A stretch of DNA of 64,000 nt from the NCBI GenBank assembly GCA_039545335.1, contig BCIN01000005.1, positions 1,395,946 to 1,459,945 of the forward strand, read 5' to 3'. The stretch comes from Kondoa subrosea (lineage: Eukaryota). The notes under the pieces were generated by a model that saw only the letters and a program-made list of their open reading frames with translations, was not told the origin of the DNA and searched no databases. Shown piece by piece: positions 25,637 through 40,097 of the stretch (positions within the stretch are counted from its first letter, which is position 1; every line of letters starts with the position of its first letter). Made by a program: the position numbers and the translations under genes.

Positions 25637-26769
25637 TGAGCAAACTTCACGTCAATACCCAAGCAGTTTCTGCATCTAATCAGGGTAAGTAATAGTAATC
25701 TCTCATGAAAGATTCCTTAACTCATTTGCTTATAGACGTCAATACTGTGGAGATGGGCAAGACTCTTTTGAAGGCGTTGGAGTGTGCCGAAGCTCATACT
25801 GGGATGCAAACTACTTCTTTCAGATCTCTCTACATTAGGGTCAGATCCGCAATGATACCCTCACCAGGAGCAGTGGAGCAAGTACTGCCCGTATGGGATA
25901 TAGAGTGATTTCGAGACGATTACTTCTGATAACACTTTTCCTGTGTACAGGATATGAAGCGACTACGCTGGCTGCACAGCGAAGCAGCGACTATTGTTTG
26001 GGCAAATCAGCATGGTCATCTAACCTCAGATATGGCTAAAGAATTTCCCTACGAGGTCTCTGATCTGTTCGAGAAACATAATGCCGTGAGTTGTTAAGTA
26101 GCTTTATTCAAATTATTGCGTACTAATTCTTCTTATGTAGCCCTTCAACAAGCCAGGTATTCCTCCCGCTGACTCGTATCCATGTTGCCATCTTCTGATA
26201 CTCAATCCCAGCGGCCAAGTCCCGAGTCAACGCAAATCTTGTACAACATGCTGTACATGCACCATATGGACCGCAATTTGTCACCAACAACTCAGTCCAT
26301 CAAGCTTTCAACGAAACTCGTGTCTATCAAAAAGCTACGGAGAATTTTCATCGTCTTCCTAAAGGTTAGCCGAACCAAGGGAAGTGAGATGTCTGTATTG
26401 ATGCCTTCAACAACTCCAGGTCATTTCTTCTACCCGACAATTGGAGAGAGAGTTGACCAGACTAAGCAAGATTGGCTCGCAGGCAAATTAGCGGAGAGTG
26501 AGCTGTCTTAATATCGTGGTTTATTGCGAGGCTTTGATATTTGATGCCTAGATGATCCACTGCACAAAGCTCATCACACAGCTGCTAGTGATGAAGAGAA
26601 GAAACAGGCTGCCGACGCTAGAAAGAAAGCTCAAGCTTCGGCTCAATCCCCTCAATCGCCAATTGGCAGTGTTGCGATGTCAAGAGTTCTCTCCAACTTG
26701 TCCGACGGCTTCAAATCCTTCATGCCTGGCAGTGGCAAACCGGCCGCAGGTGGCCCTGGTAGCATATAA
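25637..26769 (+). CDS. Hypothetical multi-exon protein (no recognised domain)
   Basis: Successive GT-AG introns keep an open frame: MSKLHVNTQ, LYIRVRSAMIP, DMKRLRWLHSEAATIVWANQHG, HFFYPTIG, ending GGPGSI*. Confidence 0.55.
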
Positions 26770-26841
26770 AGGCCCATAAACAGTTTCACATATGATCAAT
26801 ACATGCTCATCCTTATTACATCGGTGACCAATAGCTCGACG

Positions 26842-29693
26842 CTATTGTTCTTCCGCCCCGATCAGCCAATTCACACCTCGACCTGAAAGCCAGGTCAGCT
26901 TGCATCGATCACAGTTAGCAGCACTCACCAAAGCCAACACTGAGCTTGTCCCTCACGCCTCCTTCTCTTCCATGTAGCAAGCTGTCCAAAGCAGCAGCAG
27001 GTAATGGACTTGATGGTCTTCCATCAGGTTGCCGCAGATATGATCGCGCAGCCTTGCCCAGCGAAAGAGCATCATGCGTCAGTCGTTGAGCAAGCGCTGA
27101 AGTAGGCGTTTGAGCTCTTTCAGGCAATGTTGCTTCTGATCGAACTTGACTTTCTCTTGCTTTCGAGTTAGTCGAGGATCGAAGATCAGATGCAGAAGCT
27201 TCTTCTACGGCTCGCCACGAAACAAGGAGATCAGAGACGTTTGTGGGTGGACAGAGTAGCAGAGCATGGCCCATCAAACGAAGTTTACGTTCTGAGTCAT
27301 GGTAGGAAGCTTGTTGACCAACCCTCGAACAAGCTATCCAAGTCATGCTGGATATCTCTTGTAGTTGTTCTGGCGTGCTATTTGACTTTCTTGCGGTCTC
27401 GACTTTGCCAACCATTTCTTCGGAAAGTTCAGCAGCCTTTTCGTGTTCGTCATGTTTGAGACAGGCGGAGACAATCAGAGCCAGGGTGCGAGCTTGAGCA
27501 AGCATATCTCCTCTGAACCCTAACTTATCGACAAGTTCAAGGATGACTGAAGGATGTCTTCGAGCATCAGCATTCGAATCGATTAGACGAGATATAAGAG
27601 AAAGACGATCTTGAGACATTCTGATCTCAATTGGTGCGAGAGGTACACCGGGACGGGAGTATAACTTGAAAGAGGCAAGTCGGGAAGTAGCTTCGATGAA
27701 TTCTCTTTCTTGTCGTACTTGGACGGTAGGCGGTGCAGTTGATAAACTGAATCGATTCAAACATCAGAAAACGCAAGACAGTCTGTGCAAGAGCGTACCA
27801 ATCATAAGCAAGTTTCATGTTACCAGAATGAAGATTTCCAGAATCCGCATTATCGTAAAATTCGCGCGAAGCAGCCAGGACGAGTTCTTCCTGAACTTTG
27901 ACATCTACTGGTCTGTTCCCGGAAGAAGGTGTAAAGAGGCTCTTAGCCAATGTGAAGTCTATTGCCGCGTCAGCTTATAGTTTGACTATCCGATGTTGAG
28001 ACTTACGACCAGCACTGAGCAACCCGTTAAAGAAGATAGCCAATACTTCCTCCTCCTTCAGTAGCCCCAAAGCGCTACTCAATCCTTCTCCAGCAGGACT
28101 AACCAATCGTACCAAATCTTCTTGTAAAGCAGTCCATTCATCTTCACTTTCCAAATCACCCTGACCGCCTTGTCGAGCTAATTTGATAGCCATATTCTTT
28201 TGACCTTGATGAGTTGCTCCGGTAGTCAAGAACCAATTCAAGGAAGTAGGTGTATTCCAACGAGCGAAAGTTTCTCCTGCTTCTAGATGAATATCTAGCT
28301 GATCTAAGGCGCTTGACAAACTTGAGCCTTCCCATTTCTGGACGATGTTGTAGAAATCTGATGGTGTAGGAGTAGATGATATAACGGCTGATAGAGATAG
28401 TGTTGAAGCATTATCAGCAGGAGAAGAAGAGGTGTCCAAAGCTGGTAAGCATTCGAACATTTTCGACATTTCGGTCCAAGATGAAGTAGATTTGCTTCCG
28501 TATAAGCAAGATAAAGCTATCCGAGCCAACTCTAGATCTGATTTGATGATGCGCTGGGATGAAGGAAGAGTAGGTTTGGAGCTTTCGAAGATGGCCGCTA
28601 GTAGATCGCAACGGGAAGACGCAAGGGAAAAGATGTAGTCTCGCAGGAGGGTCGCTGGTAGATCTGATGTGGGCCTTCCTTGACGTTCATACTTGCTCTC
28701 TAGCACATAGGTATAAGGCAAGACGAGTCGTTTGATATCGTTTGCGATAGATGGTGGTGTAGATTGAGAAAGGTAAGCAGCAATGACTTCATCAGGTTGA
28801 GCGCTCCTCCATTTAGCTAAAGACCAATCGCCTTCCATTGGAATTGCAGAAGTTGAAGCAGTCGAATTTCGCTCGTAAACCAGTTTCGAAAGTAAACCCA
28901 ATTCTTCGCCAACTTCATCTAAACCTGAAACGCCCTTTGCAGCTGCATGTTGTACCAAAGAGAAAGCTTCGTCTAATAATCCAGTCGAAGCTTCAATATG
29001 CTTGACTTTGCTCAGATACCAATCCGTCAGTTCTTCACTTGTGAGTTCGTCGTCGGACAAAAGTTGCTCTGAACCTCGATAGCCGCTGTATTGACCGATG
29101 GAAGGAAGGAGATCCAGAACATCTGCGGAGTTGATAGATTCAGGCAAAGCATTCGCTAGGTGTAGTCTTTGTCTTGCTGTGAAAGGATGTCGACTGAGAA
29201 TGGTTCTGAGTGCAGCCACAACACCAGCCGAAGAGAAAAGAAGTGCTAGAGGCTGAAGAGTAGGTTGTAAGAGGAAATCAGAGAGTTTCGGTAGTAGTTG
29301 CGCAGTGTTTGATGTTGCTGGCTCGTCCAAATCCAGTGCATCTTGCTCCAAAGCCCAAGGATCTTCTTCGTCTTCCGTATTTGGTACAGGAGCAGTACTT
29401 GCAGCCTGCGAGAGGTGCTCGAATGTCCCCAATAGATTCGACAGTCTTGTCAATTCTGCATGTTCCTCCTTTGCTTGCTCTCCACTGCACTCCTGCCCTA
29501 GCTGAATATATTGCTTTGCTAGGTCCACTGATTCCGCACGACTTAAAGCGTCCAAACAAGCTCTCGCAACCCAAATCTCGTCATAAGCTTTCAAAGGTTT
29601 CAGAACATCATTCAGTTTCGCTTGAGATTGGTCACTGCTCAGCCAATCTTGCTTGAGGTCATATTCACTGCGAACAGGGGTATCTACATCCAT
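26842..29693 (-). CDS. SEC39: Sec39/NBAS-family Dsl1 tethering complex subunit
   Basis: LDEVGEELGLLSKLVY, DIKRLVLPY, ELVLAASREFYDNADSGNLHSGNMKLAYD, EREFIEATSRL, PIEIRM, and C-terminal GVNWLIGAEEQ*. Confidence 0.88.
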
Positions 29694-29903
29694 TGCTATG
29701 GTATATTGTTTGTGGTCAAGACTGGTCAGTTGCGATCATGCATCTCGATGTTCTTCGAGGCAAAGCGATGTACAATTACGAGTTCCGCATGATGCAGGGC
29801 CAAGCCAGTGCATTTGGGCATGCTAAAGGTGCATATTTGACGTATTCGTGGAAATACATCAGGAAAATTGCGATGATGGGTATAGATGCTTGGTTTTGCT
29901 GCT

Positions 29904-30946
29904 TTACTTCCAGGCTCCGCTCTTCCTATACTCACTATGATTCATACCTGTCAACATACGTAATGGACAGGAAGAACAACACGACTTACACCCAACTGAT
30001 TGGCGGCGGCTGCAAGTCCAACTCTTTCCTCAATTCCTCTATATCTTTCTCCCACAACTTCTCCCAGTAAACATTGATCAAAGGTTGAGCCTCAGTCCCA
30101 CATCTGACCGCCCATTTCAAATAAGTTTTGATCAATCTTGATCTTCCATTCGAAGTTAATCTCAAAGGACCAAAAATTCCAGATAAAGTAGCGACAGGTA
30201 ATCCAAAGTTTGCCATTTCGAACCATTTCACTACCAATTCTGCCGCTACCGAGACTGAAAAGGGACCAGTTATAACATGATAGAAATCATGACATTCTCT
30301 ATAGCGTTGCATGACGTAGGCTAATTCTGGATCATCAATGAATCTGACCTAATAAACCATTTCCGTTGTCATTCATAGAAGGATTGAAGTAGGCAGAATG
30401 AATACGAACTGGATCTCTTGTATCTGGTGTAACTTTACACCAAGTTAACCACTCAGCATAATTCCTACCAAAAGTGCCTTCAGGTAAAGATTGTAGATAA
30501 GGTAGATCAATAGTTTGTGTTGTGATTCTCGGTCGATCGATTAAAAGCTGTCGACCTTCAGGTGAAGCGAGCATTTGATCTCGAAGTTTATCTAACCAAG
30601 GTCCAGCTGTCGTTTCTCCTAAGGTAGCTACCATATCTGCATACTTCATACATGAGACGAATGCGACCTGTAAAGAAAGGAGGAAGGAACTGTACCATGA
30701 CGATGCGGATTGGCCAAAGATGCTATAGCTGAACCAACAGCTAGGAAAGCATTCTCGAAACCAGAAAGTGGAACATGTCCTTTATAGGCAACTTGAGACC
30801 GATGTCTTATAGGTACTTGAAGCATGAATCTCAGTCATGCGAGAATGCAACATTGCGGAAGATAACAAACGAGACCGGGCAGCAAGCAGTGGTACAGCTG
30901 CTTTGGATGAGATCACAGACAGAGAGCGAGATGCGAGGTTATTCAT
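29904..30946 (-). CDS. COQ4: Ubiquinone biosynthesis protein Coq4, mitochondrial
   Basis: Arg/Ser-rich presequence; [44 protein letters not shown]...ELVVKWFE (HDxxH...E motif), NVYWEK. Confidence 0.95.
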
Positions 30947-31035
30947 TACAGCCAAAGGCCGATCCGAGTTCAACAAGCGATTGCATGAAAAATCGCAAAA
31001 ACGTGTGTCTTCTCATAACCATTGCCCAATACACA

Positions 31036-33484
<2,449 letters not shown>

Positions 33485-33825
33485 ACGGTTTCTGCACGTC
33501 ATCAAATCAAAATTGGCTCTCTTATCAGAGCCTGAAGCCAAAAGACCTCTCTCTTTTTAGACCTCATTTCATACATTAGAGTTTTTTTTTGGGCCGAAGA
33601 AGGGGAGGTGGAAAATGAAGCAAAAATACCTAGCATTACATTATTCTCCTTGTGTAACTTTTGCTTGCAATTCAACATTGTAAAAGACATCTCACTTGAC
33701 TTGAGGGTTCCGTTCGAATCCGCTTTCGCTATATTTTGACTTGTGTCAACCGATTACTTCTCTTCTCAAGGTTGGTGAAGTGACAGCTGTGCAGATTGAT
33801 TGCTGAGCTTGTACAGTCTCCAACA

Positions 33826-33843
33826 GCTCTCTCTCTCTCTCTC
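33826..33843. repeat. (CT)n microsatellite immediately 5' of the ATP19 start codon
   Basis: ctctctctctctctctct read directly. Confidence 0.85.
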
Positions 33844-33847
33844 CAAT

Positions 33848-34378
33848 ATGAGCTACACCTTAGCTGGCAAGTCTTCGCATTTTCCAAATTACTTGATCAT
33901 ACAATTTATGCTGCTCTCTCTTTTTCCAGGCCGCAAACTGTTACCAGAACAAGTGCGCTCACTTCCGATGTTTGCAGAAATCTGTTGACTATCCAGAACT
34001 TGCGTACAGATTGTTGCTGGCGTCTTTGCAACATTGGCAGCAGTAACATATTACAGCACTCGATCATCTGGAAGCAAAGATCCTTTAGCTGTACCTCTCA
34101 ACGCTACATCAAAGGAGCAGGAAGGTGTGTCTCAGTCTCTCTTCAGCTTCAATAGAAATTGTGTCGCTGAAGAGTGTCTCCGATAGCTTTCATTCGCAAT
34201 AGATTAATTCAGAAAGGTCAGGACAACAATGGTCTTTTGTATATCAACCATGCTGAGCAATTCTTGCTCGACAGAGCGTGAAGCTCACGACAAAGCACAT
34301 TCGACTACTCATCAAGCAAAGAAATCAATGGAGGCAGGAGTAGAGCAAGCGACCAAGCACGGAGCGACGCATTCGTGA
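33848..34378 (+). CDS. ATP19: Mitochondrial ATP synthase subunit k (Atp19)
   Basis: Spliced MSYTLAGRKLLPEQIVAGVFATLAAVTYYS...PLNATSKEQEAFIRN. It has one TM helix and the (E)EAFI.N pattern of subunit k. It is not intact in the ORF track. Confidence 0.75.
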
Positions 34379-34516
34379 AAAGAGGGCAGAGAAGAAGTAA
34401 TTGTGCATGAATGAAACGAGATTGGAATACTTTCTCCAAGTCAAACGAAAGCAGTCAATTTTGCTCTCTTCAAGATCGTATTGCATATACACTTTAGTCT
34501 TTCTACCTGTCTGCTC

Positions 34517-37500
34517 TCAAAGATCCATCTTCGATGATCCGATAGCTTCGTCTTTTTCTGTGAGAGATTCCTGACTTTAAGTCATGTCGTGACACCAGCT
34601 CCAATCCACTCACCGAATTGAGCATTCTTTTTCGCGACCACGAAGCCTTCCAGTACATGAGAGTATGCCTGAGAAGAATGATGAGCTCTATTACCAAAGT
34701 TGAAATCGAATTGTATTTACCCAGTACTCTTCAGTAGCTAATTCAGCCCTTTCTGTTTGACCCAATCGGACAGGTGTTTGATGCGTTTGGAATCCAGAGA
34801 TAGTTCTTGGTTTACCAGCTTGACCGATGACATCGACTGCTTGACCTACTCTGACCGAAATAGGGATCTGTTCTCCTTCTTCGTCGAAAGTGATGAGGAA
34901 TCGCTGTCAGTTGGATGAATCGATTAGCATCTTATATGCAGACAGCCACCCTGTACTGACTGGATACATGGCCATAACAAGGAAGTAGAGCATCCAGTGC
35001 GATTTGTCCAGTATCACTGTGAGTTCAAAATAGACATAAGCAAGTGATGCTGAAGTACTCCCTTATACAACTTACAGCCTCGGCAATCGGTGAACGCGAT
35101 CAAAGTACTGAGTAGACCAGCCACAGCCACGGGACTCATCAAGAATCGATCAGTATGGAAAGGGTTGAGACCGATTGTTCCTTTGCCCATATGTACTAAT
35201 CCTTGAGCGATTCTGACAACGAAAAGACAATCTGGTTCTTTGTGGTAGTAACCTGCTAGTTGTCGAAGCATTTGAGCGAGCTTGGCGTTGTTTGTTCCTG
35301 CTCCGACTAAACCCATTGAGAAGATTGCGTTCATTGCTACATCTAGATCTGAGTCGTGTGAGTATCGTGAAAGGGTGTCGAGGACTGTAAGCTGAGGATT
35401 TGATGCCGAAAGCAGCCCAAGAGCTAGCGGAATTGAGCGGCGAATGACTGGTTCTCCATAATGCATCTGTGCGCAAGACATGCATATCAGTTTGAGCCTG
35501 AAAGCAATTTCTGCAACGGACCAGATGATTGAAATGCCTCAGACACATCTCTGATCCAATGTCTTCTCCCATTGCAACAATCGCAATACCCAGAACTGCA
35601 AAGGCTTGGAAAGTATCGTTCTCGTCCTCCTTCTTTTCAGGTTCAGTGTTGGCACTAGCATCCGCTCCAGCGGCCGGTGTAGAAGCTGAAGCAGCTGCAT
35701 CAGCATTGACTGCCGCGTTCAGACTAGCAGGAGTTTCCGCTGGTGCTTCACTCGATTTCTTGTCTTCTGGCAGGTTGAGGTGATCATTGCAGTAGTGGAG
35801 CATCTGCTGGATTTTGAGCACGTTTCCTGTTCCAGCGAAAGAGCAAACTTCGACCAAGACGAGCGCTTGTTTGCTCAGAGGGTGTTCAATAGCTTTGAGG
35901 GTTTCGATGGTTGCATCAGATTCGTCTTGGCGGCCTGTCAGTCGACTCGACAACTAAGACACTTCACATGTCTACGTGCAGAGAATCACCGACCTAAATA
36001 AAGCAAGCCCAAAGCAAGAGCCATGAATCTGCTCCATTTCTCATTCAGATCCTTCTCTTCGCGTTCCATCATGACTTCCAAGATTGAACCAGCAATCTCT
36101 CCATTTCCACTACCGACAAAAACGAAACTCAAAGCCAATGCAGCCAGGGAAGCGATTTCCATAGAGACGCTGGAATCGCTGACAGAAGGTAAAATAAGCT
36201 CTGAGATATCTTCTCTTGCAGTTCCGGCATAAGCTATTCCCAGACTGTTATCCAAGCAACGTTCAATCAGTATTTACACTGGAGGAAAGTCATCTTGGAC
36301 CAACCCAATGATCGAGCAAAACCTCAGAGGCACGCTTTTGCTCTCCACATGATCGCTCAAGAGCGCAAGCGCAGCATCCATTTCCGTCTTGATTCCAGAA
36401 TGAATGATTCCATCAGCTAATAGAGCACCAGCTTTGATGTATTCTTCTGTCGCGTAGGAATACTTGTCGATTTGACTTAGACCATTTTCTGGGTCCCATA
36501 AAAGACTCAATCCGAGTGAAGCGGCAGCAGATAACATTCCTGTTCGCACCCTTCAAATAAACATCTCAATGGATGATAACATCGATAAAGACGAACCTGA
36601 TTCTTTAGTCTTGTAAATCCAACTCTGGCCTTCTTCAGCACCAACGAGTAGTTTCTCATTCCCACAAGCAGCGTTCACAAAAGCATTGACAAAAGTTCCA
36701 GCTAAATTCTGTCTAGCCGAATCCACCGCTCCAGCTCCAGCGTTTCTTGGATTATCGTCTAAATGGGATTTGTAGACTTCTTCTAAAGATTTAGGTTCGA
36801 GTAAAGATAGTGTAGTAGCAAAAGATTTGTAATGCGAGGAAAGAGAAGTGTTGTTCAAAATTGATAAAAGAATAGGTTGATCTTCTTCGAGCTTGGATAG
36901 AAGATCTGATGGAAGAGTAACTTGTTGTCTTGCTAAAAGGTATGCTAGTTGCTTTTGCATAGCTCTGCGACATACGATCAGCATATTCTACGCGTTTCAA
37001 AAGGGAATAGACAAACAGATTCGAAGGCGAGTTGAAATCTTCTACAATCAACTCCATATCGTTCAACTTCATAGCTAGGGTAATCGCTTCGGTGTAACGA
37101 CCATGTTTTCGGTAAATAGATCGAGCAGTTTCAAGGAAATCTTTGTCGTCTGGCGCGGTAAGAAGATTGACGCAACCAACAATGTATGAGCAAACTCTGG
37201 GATAAGTGTTTTCGTCGACAAAAGGAATGATGGATTGGATGTTTTCGAGTTCAAGGAGTAGATCTACAGCATCGGCTTCTGCGTTGTGGGAAAGGAAGAA
37301 TGGGACCAATTTCGCTGCTAAATCTCTTAACGGTTGCGTATCTGATTCTGCAATTTCTTCTGGTGCTTCTGATCTAGCGTTGAATTCTTCGCCAATCTCT
37401 GCAGCTAAATGTCGAACGTATTCATGACCCCAATCTCCTGGATCTTCAGACCGTTCACCACCTCGTAATCGGTACTTGAGCGTTTCCCTCTTGCCTGAAT

Positions 37501-37960
37501 CAGAGTAAGTCATTGCCAGTACAGACAAAACATCGGCAAAGAGATCCGTCGTCGCATCCTGCTGCGGCCAACTTTCGTATAATTCTTGCAATTGAGGATA
37601 GTGCGGTCTTAGGAATTTCAAAGGTTTAGGTACAGATGTCATTGAAGAAGTAGATGTCCGTATGAGAGCACGCAAAGACTCTAGAGCAGGTTTGTGTAAA
37701 GACTTGTCAGATTCTTTGAGCCTCTCGACGAGCATTTCCAATTCAGACTGCAGCTGTTGATCTTCTTCATTCAGCTCTGCCTCCGTCTGAGCTGCCTTCT
37801 TCCCATCACTCGAGCCTTTCCCATTGGCAGCGTCCTTGCTTGAAGAAAGTTCATCACCGCGATCTTTGGCCTTGTCTGCTTCGTCTTTAGGGTGCTTGGG
37901 ATCTTTGCTTGTCACAGAAATGGTCTCTTCTACTCCATTCTTGTCATTGCGGTTGTTCAT
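34517..37960 (-). CDS. RPN1: 26S proteasome regulatory subunit Rpn1
   Basis: [82 protein letters not shown]. Confidence 0.98.
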
Positions 37961-38163
37961 GCTGGTCAGGAGATAGAAGAGTGAGTCCTGGTTCGAGCAC
38001 AAGTGACGCGCAATTGTCGAATGCTTCATGTCCAGCTTGCCACAGAACAGCGAGTCGTGCTGCTATCTCTGTCCGTCTATATTCTCTCTGCTGTTGCATT
38101 CCCGTAGCCTGAACACATACAGCTATCTTCCATACGAACCCACGCTTCTCGCTTCTAAAGCAA

Positions 38164-39109
38164 ATGTCTAAATCTATTGCTGTGCAACCTTCTAGTAGCA
38201 CAGAAGTGACTCCGAAACCTTCACCTAAGGCTTCTGCTATTTCTTCTTCCCTGCCTCTGAATTTCTCTTATTCTCCTTCAAAAGATGGATCCGATTCAAA
38301 TTTGCTCATCTTCTTCCATGGTGTGCGTTTCTGCTCTTCTCTCAATTCGTTCATACATTTATGAGAGAAGAATAGCTAGGCGATACGGACAAACCATTCT
38401 TCAAATTGGGTCAATCACTTAATCTGCCTCAAACTGCTGTTCTGAGCATGAGGGGCTTCAAGAGGATAGCGCTATTGGAAGAAGATGCGTTCTCGTATTG
38501 GGAAAGCTTTGATCAGTTAGGTGAAAGTACGTCTGTCCCATGTCTTTTTCCCTTTGCCTTTTCAGATCAATCTCATCCTTGGTTTCGTTCTAATAACCAG
38601 TCATCCACAATCCTAATCCATCTGAAGCGCTCAAAATCTGTTACGAACTCTTCAACTACCTCATAACGACATGTAAGTGGCCAGCAGAAGCTATCCATCT
38701 CTTTGGGTTCGGTCAAGGTGGTTCTCTTGCATCGGAAGCTGCTTTGCGCTATCCTGGCAAATTAGGCAGTGCGGTCATCGTAAATGGTCCTTTGCTGTCA
38801 TTACCTACTATAAGCAAAAAGAGTACAACGCCTGTATTGCTATGTAGGAGAAAAGATGAGCAGGTCAAGAAAGTTTGGTTTGAGAAAGGATTTGAAGAAG
38901 TTAATGAAGTGGTCTGGTCTGGATCGAGTGGAATGCGTAAGCTCTAGAACCTCGGTGCATGCTGGATATTAGCTGAAAACGAACTTTTGCAAGCTTCGTC
39001 GAGAAGTGAATGGGAACCGGTAATGAGATTTTGGTCGGAGAGGTTGAGAAGATTGCAGCCGTGGGAATTTGCAGATTCGAAAGAAGAAGTGTACAAGATA
39101 ATCTCGTAG
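38164..39109 (+). CDS. Phospholipase/carboxylesterase-type alpha/beta hydrolase
   Basis: NLLIFFHG|LGD, LNLPQTAVL, IHLFGFGQGGSLA (nucleophile position reads GFGQG, without Ser), EWEPVMRFWSERL. Confidence 0.8.
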
Positions 39110-39156
39110 CATTGAGGTCGAATTTGAGCTTTACAAACATATGGCTGCCTTATATA

Positions 39157-39768
39157 TCATACTAGTCTACGCGTCAACCTTTTGGGCCGGGTAATAGCAC
39201 TCCTGGTCCCCAGCAGAGACATATCCTTTCTTTCCAACTCATTCCCAACAGCTTTTGCCGAATTTCGCAATTCAGCATTCGGACTTTCTCTTTCTTGGAG
39301 CACTTCAGGTGAGATCACCTGTCCATCTCCTTCTTGATAGGAATACCTTTGGGTCTGTCCGTATCTGCAAGCTATGCCTTGCGCGCGAAGCAGATCAATC
39401 TTTCGCCCAAACATTCAACACGAACAATCATTGGAGGTCATTACCCTGAGAGGGCGACATAGGATGTATTGAGCACAATAATGCAGCGAAGATGAATAGC
39501 TGATCGAAAGCAGTAGTTCTGCACAACATCGACAGAATGTCTCTGCTCGAATACCGATTGTTTCAAAGAACAAGCTCCCCAACAGAAACGCAGAGCCAAT
39601 ACTAGATCTGATGCAGACAATATGAGAAGATAAATAGGCAGACTTTCGATAAAAAGTCAACTTCGCCACAGTTTCGCTCAAACTGGTCGATGGAATGACA
39701 GTCAAAAGAAGCCTGAAGGAAGAGCAGAGAAGCGAGCCGAGGACTGTACTGCGCTTTGCGAGCAGCAT
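39157..39768 (-). CDS. Possible small spliced orphan gene
   Basis: Four candidate GT-AG introns preserve an open frame of about 125 aa, but no recognisable motif is present. Confidence 0.25.
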
Positions 39769-40097
39769 GAGCCCCTTTTGAGCCCAGAAGTACAGCAAAA
39801 AGTGAACGACGTCTGACACACAGCTCGTCGCGCGAACTGCAAGCTTGAGCGCGTCCGACGAGGTCAAATTGACTTGAAATTGAATTGGCTTTATGCTTGT
39901 CCGCAGACAACCGTGTGACTTGCCTTGACTGCGAATCGCCACCTAGTATTGCTCTCTACCTCCTAGAGTCACCAAGATAGGCGGCTTGCAGCTACTCTTG
40001 CCTTCAAGATCAAGCAGGGTTTCGACGGAAATCAACTTTCTTTGACTTGTTTCTCCTACTCTCTGGCTCTTGATAGAAGCTACAGTCACTGCAGGAC

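Noticed and set aside
27513..27523. AACCCTAAC telomere-template-like motif (a similar one lies near 45691)
   Set aside because: Single short matches inside protein-coding genes; expected by chance.
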